Shown: positions 48,423 through 57,428 of the stretch, piece after piece
Position numbering within the stretch: position 1 is the stretch's first letter
How the letters are laid out: every line of letters starts with the position of its first letter
Assembly: GCA_031374925.1 (NCBI GenBank)
Contig: JANMHA010000203.1
Span: 388 to 64,387 of the forward strand
Reading direction: 5' to 3'
From: Pirellula sp.
Lineage (GTDB): Bacteria > Planctomycetota > Planctomycetia > Pirellulales > Pirellulaceae
DNA length: 64,000 bases
The notes under the pieces: model-generated
What the model was told of the DNA's origin: nothing
Database searches by the model: none
What the model saw: only the letters and a program-made list of their open reading frames with translations
Position numbers and translations under genes: made by a program

Positions 48423-49403
48423 TTACTTCGCTCCATCGATTGGCAAGTCGCGATAGTGTCGATGGCATGTGGCGCAGTTCTCGCTGATTCTACGAAACGG
48501 CTCAATGATACTCTCAGGTACCGTATTGGAAATGGCCGGTCGATTCCATTGCCGAATGGCAGCTTCGAGCTGCTGTGCATCGGATTCGGACGCTTTCAGC
48601 ATTGTCCGAAACGCTTCAGGCTGCTCGGCAACGACTTGCATTCGCAACATTTCAGTGAAGTGTTCGCTCAAAAGCAATGCTTCGTGAGCTGGGTCGAGGT
48701 CGGGGTGATCTGGCAATGTCTGCCATCCTGAGGCAGCAATTTGTTTCAGTTGGTCGTGCGTACGTTCCAGTTCCACCATGGCTGTGGTCATCGGTGGCAG
48801 TTTCGCCGATTCAGGGAAGTCGGCTTGAAGTGCATCGAGCATCGAGTCAGGGAGTCTGCGGGCCGACGCTACCGACTGGAACAGCCCTCGATAGTTTTCG
48901 TTGGAGCCTGCAAGTCTTAAAATTGCCATTGTGGATTCTGGCTCAATTAGGCCAGCAGAAACGCAAGCCACGGCGGCGGCCGCAGGACTGCGGTGCTTGC
49001 CAAGATGGCAGTGCACATAGATCGGACCCTCCAGATCCCTCACTCCTTTTGCCAATTCTTGGGCGCGCTCTGGAAGAATACCGTTGTAGCCGTGGGGAAG
49101 GTGGACGTAGCGCAATCCGTATTTTCTTGCGAGCGCCACTTCTGTCCTAGCACCATCCACACTAATAATTGTTTTGACACCTAACTCCTTCAATTCACGA
49201 AATGCTTGTTCGCCCTCAGGCTGCCCGCCCGATATTACTTTGTCGTGAATTTGAATTGCGTTTTTAAGGAGTATCGTTTCCAGCTTGCGAGGGTCAAACT
49301 TTGAATTCGCAAGTCCCGCGACATCCCGCCGTTCTTGGGCAGCGCACGAGTTGACCATTACGATCACCAGTGTAAACGCGATGGTTGCGATTCGGGATCT
49401 CAA
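48423..49403 (-). CDS. Secreted fusion of a PTP/DUF442-like CX5R domain and a C-terminal cytochrome c'-like domain
   Basis: ISGGQP, LGVKTIISVD, YVHCHLGKHRS (CX5R); C-terminal CATCHRHYRD. TTG 49403 gives a signal-like N-terminus. Confidence 0.8.
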   Translation of the reverse strand: MRSRIATIAFTLVIVMVNSCAAQERRDVAGLANSKFDPRKLETILLKNAIQIHDKVISGGQPEGEQAFRELKELGVKTIISVDGARTEVALARKYGLRYVHLPHGYNGILPERAQELAKGVRDLEGPIYVHCHLGKHRSPAAAAVACVSAGLIEPESTMAILRLAGSNENYRGLFQSVASARRLPDSMLDALQADFPESAKLPPMTTAMVELERTHDQLKQIAASGWQTLPDHPDLDPAHEALLLSEHFTEMLRMQVVAEQPEAFRTMLKASESDAQQLEAAIRQWNRPAISNTVPESIIEPFRRISENCATCHRHYRDLPIDGAK

Positions 49404-49537
49404 GGTGTTTTCGAGTGCCAATTCGTCTGGAGCATAAAGCAACGAGGATCTTATTCCAAAGTTATAGCGGAAGAACTTTGCAAAGCGTTTTTGCTGCATT
49501 GAGAAGCCTCGCATTGTAGTTTTGCAGTGAAAGAAAA

Positions 49538-50752
49538 CTAGTTCCCAAGATTGTTCGGCAATAGAATCGACAACCCTAGCATTGTCACGTTCATGGCATT
49601 GAACAGCAAATGCACGACGATGACTGGAAGTATGCTCTGCCGCATCTGATAAAGCCGCCCCAACACCACTCCAAAAACGATTAAGGCGACCCAACTCACA
49701 CCATAGCTAAAATGAGCCAGGCCAAACAGAGTCCCACTCAGCAACGCTGGCCACCAAGGGGGGCGATATACCGATGCCAAATCCCCAAGGTGCGTTTCAC
49801 CAGAAAATGCCTCTCCAGCCAATGACGGAGCGTTGTATGGATTGGCAGTTTCTTGAGACGGGCTCCCCAATGACGAGATCGTTTCACCCTCATGGAACTT
49901 GTTCGGAAAATCGGGAGATGCGCCAAAAAGAAAGGCAATCAACTTGTTTCGACCAAAATGGATCGATTCAAACCAGCCGATCAGCAACACACGGAATCCG
50001 AATTCTTCGGAAATGGGAGCAACAATCGCCGCTTGCCAAAATGCGATTCCGAGCAACCAAGGGTACTGTTTGATCATTTCTTGTACAGGATGCTCATAGG
50101 GTATCTTTGTTAATCCCTGCAAGACGCCATTCAGAATGAGAATGACCGGGGTCATCATCAGGAAGCACTGCAGGCCCGCAAGAATATCGCCAGAAACTTG
50201 GTCGATGCGCCAGCCGAGCTTAGTGAATGAGCAGCTAGTCCTGCCGCGAATAAACACTGACATCAGAATCACACATAAAAGCTGTGCCGAAACAACAACT
50301 CCACTGTAGATGAATTGGTTTTGCGTCATGCCAGCAGGCTTCGCCACGCCAGTTGCGTTTGAATTGCTCGATTCAAGTTTACTCTTATCGGAATGGATTG
50401 CCAACGCGGACGCCATGGGCTCTTCGCCCTTACTTTGACCGTCGCGAGGTACGCCGTCGAAGAGGACGACGGAAACAGGCTTTGGTCCCTTTGGGCTCGG
50501 GCCAACCGGTAAGCCAAAAGCACGCCAAAGGACTGCCGCAAAGAAAAAAAGAGAGAGCAGCACCAAGAACGTTACCATTATGTCTACAAGCCCGACGGTG
50601 GCTTGGGGCCCCGTGGGGATCCGGACAGGTTTGTCCCCATTCCGATAGCGAGTTAACCATTTGGACCACTCGACTATCGAGCCGCCAACGACGGCGAAAA
50701 GCAGGGCACACATTCCGCCTAAGGCCAAGGATTGAATTTGAGTAAGTGTCAT
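49538..50752 (-). CDS. CPBP (CAAX/Abi) family intramembrane glutamic endopeptidase
   Basis: APISEEFGFR, FGLAH, VHLLFN; ATGA overlap with pgsA. Confidence 0.9.
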   Translation of the reverse strand: MTLTQIQSLALGGMCALLFAVVGGSIVEWSKWLTRYRNGDKPVRIPTGPQATVGLVDIMVTFLVLLSLFFFAAVLWRAFGLPVGPSPKGPKPVSVVLFDGVPRDGQSKGEEPMASALAIHSDKSKLESSNSNATGVAKPAGMTQNQFIYSGVVVSAQLLCVILMSVFIRGRTSCSFTKLGWRIDQVSGDILAGLQCFLMMTPVILILNGVLQGLTKIPYEHPVQEMIKQYPWLLGIAFWQAAIVAPISEEFGFRVLLIGWFESIHFGRNKLIAFLFGASPDFPNKFHEGETISSLGSPSQETANPYNAPSLAGEAFSGETHLGDLASVYRPPWWPALLSGTLFGLAHFSYGVSWVALIVFGVVLGRLYQMRQSILPVIVVHLLFNAMNVTMLGLSILLPNNLGN

Positions 50753-51315
50753 TGTGATTTCTTCAGCACCAGTATCACATATTCCATTCCTGAAAGCACA
50801 GTCAGTAGGATCGCGAGCCAAACCAGGGAGATGCTCGTCCAGTGAAGCCAAGAGAGTGCGGAGGAGTATTGAAGCTCAATCAAAACGGATACGATTGCGC
50901 CGCACTGAGCTACCATTTTCCACTTGCCTAATGGCTTTGCGGAAAAGTCACCACCTTGACCCTCTACCATCCCTCGCAGACTGGTTACCAGCAATTCTCT
51001 ACCTATCACCAGCGTTGCCATCCAAGGAGCGATGGCTGAACTGGGTACAGCGCACAACGCGATCATCGCTCCAGAGATGATGATTTTGTCCACAAATGGA
51101 TCGAGGATTCGCCCCAGTTTCGTCACCTGTTGAAAGCGACGGGCCCACCAACCATCAATCCAATCGGTGCTTGCAGCCACCAAAAAACAAATAACCGCCG
51201 GGAGGAATAACCGCCATTCGATCAGGATGCAAACAACGATTGCCAATCCAAGTCTTGCGGCCGAAAGTGCGTTCGGGACATTCCAATTCGATGAACTTGC
51301 GCTCGTTAATCCCAT
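50749..51315 (-). CDS. pgsA: CDP-diacylglycerol--glycerol-3-phosphate 3-phosphatidyltransferase
   Basis: NVPNALSAAR, TDWIDGWWAR, GRILDPFVDK, RELLVTSLR, GKWKM. Confidence 0.93.
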   Translation of the reverse strand: MGLTSASSSNWNVPNALSAARLGLAIVVCILIEWRLFLPAVICFLVAASTDWIDGWWARRFQQVTKLGRILDPFVDKIIISGAMIALCAVPSSAIAPWMATLVIGRELLVTSLRGMVEGQGGDFSAKPLGKWKMVAQCGAIVSVLIELQYSSALSWLHWTSISLVWLAILLTVLSGMEYVILVLKKSQ

Positions 51316-52748
51316 TATCGAATGGGCCCGACTGCGGCAGCTACAAGATCGTAATGCTGCGATGAAACAATTTCGCAATCCACGATGTTGCCTGGCCGAA
51401 TGAGTTTGTCCTTTTCGCCGGTAACAAAGACCGTTGCGTCCACATCTGGTGCGTCCGCGTAGGATCGCCCCAGCCAAACGTTGTTGGCCTCGTCGACGGC
51501 TTTGTCGATCAACACGTCCATGCGCGTTCCGACCCGCTCGGCACACCATGCAAAGGCGTTCTGCTGTTGAACGGCCATCAACCGGTTTCGACGTTCTTTC
51601 TTGATGCGTTCAGGTAAGTGATCCGGCAGTTTGGCTGCGGGGGTATCCGGTTCGATCGAATAGGTAAAGACACCAACCCGCTCGAATCTCATTTCCCCAA
51701 CGAAGGCCTCCAATTCGTCGAACTGCTCGTCTGTCTCGCCCGGAAAGCCGGTGATCATGGTCGTCCGCATGACCAAATTGGGTATGCCATCGCGAAGCTT
51801 CGTCACTAGCTCATGTGTCTTGTCACGGGTTACGCGACGGGCCATCCGCTTGAGCATCGTGTCGTTGATGTGTTGCAAGGGCATGTCTATGTAAGGGAGG
51901 ATTTTCTTGGCGCCGGCGATGGTTTGCACCAGTTGATCGTCGATGTACATCGGATAGAAGTACATCAACCGAATCCAATCGACACCTTCAATCGCATCGA
52001 GCTTTTCCAAAAGCTCGGAAAGCCTAGGCTTGCCATAAAGATCAATACCGTAGAAAGTGGTGTCTTGGGCAACGAGGATGAGTTCCCGAACACCGGTATC
52101 GACAAGCTTTTTAGCTTCGTCAATGATCCCTTCGATCGGCTTGCTGGCGTGCTTGCCTCGCATCTTTGGAATAGCGCAAAAAGTACAAAGCCTATCGCAG
52201 CCCTCCGAGACCTTCATGTACGCGAAGTGTTTGGGGGTCAGTTGCAAGCGAAAATCGTCGGCTAGCGCTCGGATAGGGGCAGGTCGGAAGATGGTTCTTT
52301 GTTCGTCGAGTCCGTCCATGAACCGATTCACGATCGTGGTAATGTCGTCACGCCCAAAAACACCTACAAGGCCATCGATTTCCGGTCTGGCCTCGAGCAA
52401 CTGCTCTTGCTGGCGTTCGGCCAAGCAACCTGTAACGATCACACCGCGAATTTTGCCTTGGCGTTTTAGGTCCAGCATCTGATCGATGGCTTCGAAGGAC
52501 TCCTTGCGAGCATTATCGATAAAACCGCAGGTGTTGATCACCACGAAATCGCTATTTTCGGGGTTTTGAACTAGATTGTAACCATCCTTGTGCAAGAGCC
52601 CAAGCATCTGCTCACTGTCCACTAAGTTCTTTGGGCAGCCGAGGCTGATAAACGCATACGAACCCTTGGTATGACCTGCTTCCGTTTGAAGCCGAAGGCG
52701 ACTTTCGGAAGATGCATCGGGATTGGCTAGAATGGGAAGCGAACGCAT
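51315..52748 (-). CDS. rimO: Ribosomal protein S12 methylthiotransferase
   Basis: [31 protein letters not shown] radical SAM motif, TRAM domain [11 protein letters not shown]. Confidence 0.96.
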   Translation of the reverse strand: MRSLPILANPDASSESRLRLQTEAGHTKGSYAFISLGCPKNLVDSEQMLGLLHKDGYNLVQNPENSDFVVINTCGFIDNARKESFEAIDQMLDLKRQGKIRGVIVTGCLAERQQEQLLEARPEIDGLVGVFGRDDITTIVNRFMDGLDEQRTIFRPAPIRALADDFRLQLTPKHFAYMKVSEGCDRLCTFCAIPKMRGKHASKPIEGIIDEAKKLVDTGVRELILVAQDTTFYGIDLYGKPRLSELLEKLDAIEGVDWIRLMYFYPMYIDDQLVQTIAGAKKILPYIDMPLQHINDTMLKRMARRVTRDKTHELVTKLRDGIPNLVMRTTMITGFPGETDEQFDELEAFVGEMRFERVGVFTYSIEPDTPAAKLPDHLPERIKKERRNRLMAVQQQNAFAWCAERVGTRMDVLIDKAVDEANNVWLGRSYADAPDVDATVFVTGEKDKLIRPGNIVDCEIVSSQHYDLVAAAVGPIR

Positions 52749-53190
52749 ACGGAAAAACTGGGGTTGAGGGCTTGCGGGCGCGATAATAAAGGTCTTGTCC
52801 GCCCAAATCGAATGAATGCAAAATGTCCGTTTTCGCAACCACTCTCCGATCATAACAATCGGATCCAATGCGACTAGCTGAATTCGCGCTCCGAATATGC
52901 CGATTGTGCGTTTCCTCACGTTTTTCCTGAAAAATCGGGGTAGGGCATGAGTACCAAGCATCCGGTTGGACGACTTATTCCGGTTGTGTTTAGGTAGGAA
53001 GCGAATTATCGCTGGCTAAAGCCTAAATGAGGGTTTGACCGGCTAATTACGGGCCGAATAAACCCCTGGTGCATTGGGTCAACCCTGGAGGGAAACGTCC
53101 CATGCGCACGGAGCTTTCCGTTTGGGAAGCTCCCTCGAGTGGCGATGGATGCCACGTCTAGGACGGACGTTTTTTGCAAGGAGCTTTCTG

Positions 53191-54945
53191 GTGAGAAAAA
53201 CATGGTTTCATGGCCTCGCGATGACTTTAGGGATAACCGCAATCCCCGGTATCGCTTCGGCTCAATATACGATTGGCGATTCAGGGGGGCTTTCCGCAAG
53301 CTCGTTTAACACGAGGGCAGTGCCACCTCCACCGACCAGCAATTCTGCAGTTCGAAACTACATGGCGCCGCAGTCGGCTCAAACTTCCCTTGCGGGCTAC
53401 GCCCAAAATGGAGTTGTTGGGAGCGGTATTCCTCGCGAACATGTGCACGTGCCTGGATCCGCAATTGAAAACTCGGTCCTAAACTCGCAGTACCAAGCGA
53501 CGCCTCAGTACGCTCCACAAACACAGCAGCCTTACGAACAAATGCAGTTGACTGGGCCGCAACAATCCCAGCCAGCCTACGCGACTCCTTACGCCGCGCC
53601 AGCGCCAACTGGCACTAGCTCCTGTCCCGCATGCAATTCGGGCCATTGCGCAACGCACGGCGTCAACGTTGGGAGTTCGCCAATGGTCTCCGCGAGCCCG
53701 AACTACGGCTACGGTGCCACGGAAAACTGCTACAGCCAACCCGCAGTGAACTACGCTCCTTCGATCGTATCTCCAAGCCCGTGGATCTTCGGCGCCAGCG
53801 GATTGATTTTCAACCGACTGGATAACCAGAACGTAAGATTGACGACCAATACACAGGATGGGGCAAACCCTTCACCAACGCCAAACCCATATGTACAAAG
53901 CTTTCTGAGTACCTCAGATGCAAAAATGCAGCAGACGGGCGGTATGCAACTAAGTGCAGGGAGATACTTCGGTTGCGGCAAGTACGCGATCATGGGAACC
54001 TATTGGGGGGTCTTCTCAAATCCTCAATCGGCGACCATTTTGGCGTCTGATCAAATCAACGGTAACCTCCGTTCGAATCTACCGCTTAATTTGCGAGGCC
54101 CCGGGGGCACTTGGCAATACGGTATCGAAATGCCATCTCAGGCTGTTTACGACTGGTACGACGGCGCGTTCGCGCATCGAATCCTACGCGATCAAGAATT
54201 CCACAGCGCCGAACTAAACTTCTTTTCGTTTGCGTTAGGTGGTGGAGCTCGGCAAGCCTACTCGCCGACGTGTGGCAATTCTTCTGGTGGAGTCGGCAAC
54301 TGTGGCCCGAGCAACTGTGGCCCCGGCAACTGCGGTAGCGGTCCAACCGGCCCATGTGCTCCATGGTATGGGGCTCAGTGCAGCAAGCTCCGTCTCAATA
54401 TGTACGGTGGTGTTCGTTGGTTTCGATTCAAAGACTCACTCGAATACGCAGCCAGCGAAAACGATGCTGTCTTCAACGGTGGTGCCGATGACTTCTACTA
54501 TCGGAACAACGTTACGAACGACCTTGTTGGTTTCCAATTAGGCTCGTTGGCAACTTGGTGCACCGGAACACGATTGAACCTGTTCGGGGGTACGAATTTC
54601 GGTGTTTACGGCAACAACATCAATGCCACCACATTCGCAGGCACTGCCACTCAAACCGCGACTATCCTGTCCCCGAACACAGCTTTCGATGGGCGCCCAT
54701 ATGACTACAGCTCGAATCTCTGTGGAGTCGCGTTGATGGGTGAAGGGACATTCGGGACTGGGCTCCGAATCAGTCGCGGTTGGACCGCAAACGCTTCCTA
54801 TCGGCTCGTAGGGGTGTCTGGTGTTGCTACCGCCGTTGGTCAAATTCCACGCGACTTTGCTCGTGGAGATGATATCACCCGGATCAACAACCACAACAGT
54901 CTCCTGTTGCATGGCGTCGCCATCGGTGCCAACTACAACTTCTAG
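53191..54945 (+). CDS. Planctomycete outer-membrane beta-barrel protein (BBP7/DUF1551-like)
   Basis: AAGGAG before GTG 53191, signal peptide, Pro/Gln-rich region, NDLVGFQLG, terminal LLHGVAIGANYNF beta-signal. Confidence 0.8.
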   Translation: MRKTWFHGLAMTLGITAIPGIASAQYTIGDSGGLSASSFNTRAVPPPPTSNSAVRNYMAPQSAQTSLAGYAQNGVVGSGIPREHVHVPGSAIENSVLNSQYQATPQYAPQTQQPYEQMQLTGPQQSQPAYATPYAAPAPTGTSSCPACNSGHCATHGVNVGSSPMVSASPNYGYGATENCYSQPAVNYAPSIVSPSPWIFGASGLIFNRLDNQNVRLTTNTQDGANPSPTPNPYVQSFLSTSDAKMQQTGGMQLSAGRYFGCGKYAIMGTYWGVFSNPQSATILASDQINGNLRSNLPLNLRGPGGTWQYGIEMPSQAVYDWYDGAFAHRILRDQEFHSAELNFFSFALGGGARQAYSPTCGNSSGGVGNCGPSNCGPGNCGSGPTGPCAPWYGAQCSKLRLNMYGGVRWFRFKDSLEYAASENDAVFNGGADDFYYRNNVTNDLVGFQLGSLATWCTGTRLNLFGGTNFGVYGNNINATTFAGTATQTATILSPNTAFDGRPYDYSSNLCGVALMGEGTFGTGLRISRGWTANASYRLVGVSGVATAVGQIPRDFARGDDITRINNHNSLLLHGVAIGANYNF

Positions 54946-54982
54946 TTCGATTGCAGAGTGCTCTTAGACAAAACATCCAAGG

Positions 54983-55012
54983 AAGCCTCTCGGGAAACCG
55001 AGAGGCTTTTTT
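54983..55012 (+). terminator. Intrinsic terminator
   Basis: aagcctctcgg-gaaa-ccgagaggctt followed by tttt. Confidence 0.9.
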
Positions 55013-55043
55013 CGTAGGTTGCATTACCCAGTTGGGCGAATGA

Positions 55044-57230
55044 TTAGCGAGGCTTGACCACGAGCGTGTTTTCTTGAAGGTTGACAACCTCCACTTCTGT
55101 ATCTTCATCAATCCATGATCCTTGGCTGACGACGCTAAAAATGCGATCGCCAATCGATGCCTTTCCAGAAGGATTACAACGGGAAAGTGTTGTCCCGCGC
55201 CAACCTATGAAGGTCCTCAACTCTTCTACTGCATGCTCCATTTCGGCCAAATCTTTATCCATCTTCGGTGGCTGCAAGGCAAACCAACGGACCATGGGCA
55301 AATTGGCAAGCTGTTTGCGAAAGATAATCGCCGCCGTCAACAAAGATATCACGATCAATCCAAGTTGGCCAATTCCTTGGGATGTCCTTTGCCATTGATA
55401 CTCGTTGGTTGGAATGACAAACGTCTGACCAGCAAGCAGTAAACCAGTCGCCAAAAGAATCAATCCTGTTACTCCGAAGACACCAAAACCTGGCAGAATA
55501 AATATCTCCGCTGCCAAGCATACGATCCCTGCCAAGATAAGCAGGATCTCCAACCATTCCACAGTGCCTTGAAAAAGGTGAATCCAAAAAAACAGCAAGA
55601 AACAAATCGCAGAGAGGATTCCAGCAATTCCCACGCCTGGTGTACTTAATTCCGCGCTTAGCGAAATGATCCCAACGACAAACAACAGCATGGATAACCA
55701 GCCCTGTCCGCCAAGCCACTCAACGAATTGTTCGGTTGCATTCGTTCTCGTTTCGGCAGGGAGCTTGTCGATGCCGAACTTATTTCCTACCGATTCCAAT
55801 GAGATGGGATTTTCAGTCGCCAGCCCCAAGGCGGAGGCTTGGTCAAACGACAGTCCGCCATTGAATCCCACCTTTTCGCCTCTCTTCCACATCGGTGCCA
55901 CCGGATCGTCAACTAACCATTGAGGCGTGTTCAATTGCTTTTGGCCATCGAATGAGTTGTATTCGAAAATATCCAAGTCAGGGCAGATACAACCTAGAAG
56001 TTCACCGTCGGACCGCCCTGCGGATCTGGCTAACCCTTGAAGTTCCAGCTTTTGGTCATTGCAGAGAGTTGGAGAAATCGAGGCCTCACCTGGTCCACCC
56101 AGTTTTGCGTCTGGATGCATTAGGATCAAATCGCTGCTCAACGGAATCAAGGCGGCGTCACCTCTTGCAGCACCTTTTATGTAACTGACTACTTCCGCTT
56201 TGTCGGTCGGAATGTTGGCCAAGAATTGGGCCAAGCGAATACTCTCCATTAAATTGCCACCGGGCGAATCCACTTCCACCAAGATGAGATTCGTTTCTGG
56301 CTTAGAAAGCCCTTCTTCGATGGCTCGAATGCATCGGGTAATCTGTCGGTTTGAGACAATCCCCTTCAAATGAACCCTCGTCATTACTCGCGGACCCGAG
56401 AAAACGGGTTTTTCAGAAAGTGGCTTCGTCAGTTTGAGTACTCTGGCCAGTTGATCGCGATCGCTAGCTTCGTAGGCAACCCATCTCCATTCGGTTCTCA
56501 GCTCTCTACCTGAATAGGCGGCCATTTGATTGGCTGGTACCAATTGCTTTTCGTCCAAAACATCGGCAGATCGTTTTTTTGAAGCGAGCTGTGGTGCCGT
56601 TGTGAATTCAATCACATGCCCAACGAATTCGATTCGAATCAGCGATTCCGAAGGGTCTATGAGCGAAAGCACGGCAGCCGGCGGGAATCGACCTCGTCGA
56701 GCAGCCACGTCCAGATAGGCTTGGCGAACCGTTGCGTCGAGAATGGGTTCATCGATTCCTGCGTTCGCGATTTTCGCCAAACTCGCGATTGCAATCTCTT
56801 CGCAACCGAAGGCGACGAGCACCGCGTGGCCGCAAATCGATTTCGGAATATAGGCTACGCTGCGAATACGACTACCTTTTGGCCCGCTAAGCCATCTGGC
56901 CAATTCCAAGGCCCGTACGAATTCAGTTCCCCGACCAATCGTTGTGCCATCCACGTCGGCCGTCGAATCTTGCGTACCGCTAAACTCCAAGACAACGACA
57001 GGGCGATCGGGCCCTGTAGCTCGGTTGGATACTCTCTCCAACGCTTCAATCAGTCTCGCCTCGTTGACTGCCAGTAATGGAAATTCAACTGTTATCAGCG
57101 TGGCGACCGAGTTTTCATCGGGTCGTTGAAAACCGCCATTTGGCTGAAATCCGAAGGTGGCGGAAGTAAAGACCGCCAATGAAAATATTGCAACTAAGAG
57201 AATTTGGCGGATTCGCACGGAAATGCACAT
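55044..57230 (-). CDS. NfeD-like membrane protein with duplicated ClpP-like domains
   Basis: EVDSPGG; TM block with ELSTPGVG and EIFILPGFGVFG; C-terminal OB-like GTTLSRCNPSGKA...EVEVV. Confidence 0.85.
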   Translation of the reverse strand: MCISVRIRQILLVAIFSLAVFTSATFGFQPNGGFQRPDENSVATLITVEFPLLAVNEARLIEALERVSNRATGPDRPVVVLEFSGTQDSTADVDGTTIGRGTEFVRALELARWLSGPKGSRIRSVAYIPKSICGHAVLVAFGCEEIAIASLAKIANAGIDEPILDATVRQAYLDVAARRGRFPPAAVLSLIDPSESLIRIEFVGHVIEFTTAPQLASKKRSADVLDEKQLVPANQMAAYSGRELRTEWRWVAYEASDRDQLARVLKLTKPLSEKPVFSGPRVMTRVHLKGIVSNRQITRCIRAIEEGLSKPETNLILVEVDSPGGNLMESIRLAQFLANIPTDKAEVVSYIKGAARGDAALIPLSSDLILMHPDAKLGGPGEASISPTLCNDQKLELQGLARSAGRSDGELLGCICPDLDIFEYNSFDGQKQLNTPQWLVDDPVAPMWKRGEKVGFNGGLSFDQASALGLATENPISLESVGNKFGIDKLPAETRTNATEQFVEWLGGQGWLSMLLFVVGIISLSAELSTPGVGIAGILSAICFLLFFWIHLFQGTVEWLEILLILAGIVCLAAEIFILPGFGVFGVTGLILLATGLLLAGQTFVIPTNEYQWQRTSQGIGQLGLIVISLLTAAIIFRKQLANLPMVRWFALQPPKMDKDLAEMEHAVEELRTFIGWRGTTLSRCNPSGKASIGDRIFSVVSQGSWIDEDTEVEVVNLQENTLVVKPR

Positions 57231-57428
57231 GGTTTTACTTCTTGGGGAACTAGGGTGAGCCAAATTCGATTGGAGCCTAGCTTCATTCGTTGCTCGAGGT
57301 CGAATATTGATTTTAACAATATTCTAGCAAGCAGTACAAATAATCCAGCCGCATTGTCTAACCCCTAGCCGTCGGCGACATTCGTACACAGCTCATCGTC
57401 GCCTTCGGCTTGGCGCAATACGAGAGCT

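Noticed and set aside
49404-52961. Long 5' extensions of ORFs 48423-49694, 49538-50851, 50749-51549 and 51315-52961
   Set aside because: Three of the extensions overlap the upstream gene. Coupled starts at 51315 and 50752, and starts at 52748 and 49403, fit family lengths better.
57367-57410. Imperfect hairpin agccgtcggcgac...gtcgccttcggct
   Set aside because: Single copy in the window with no U-tract; cannot be assigned as a repeat family or terminator.
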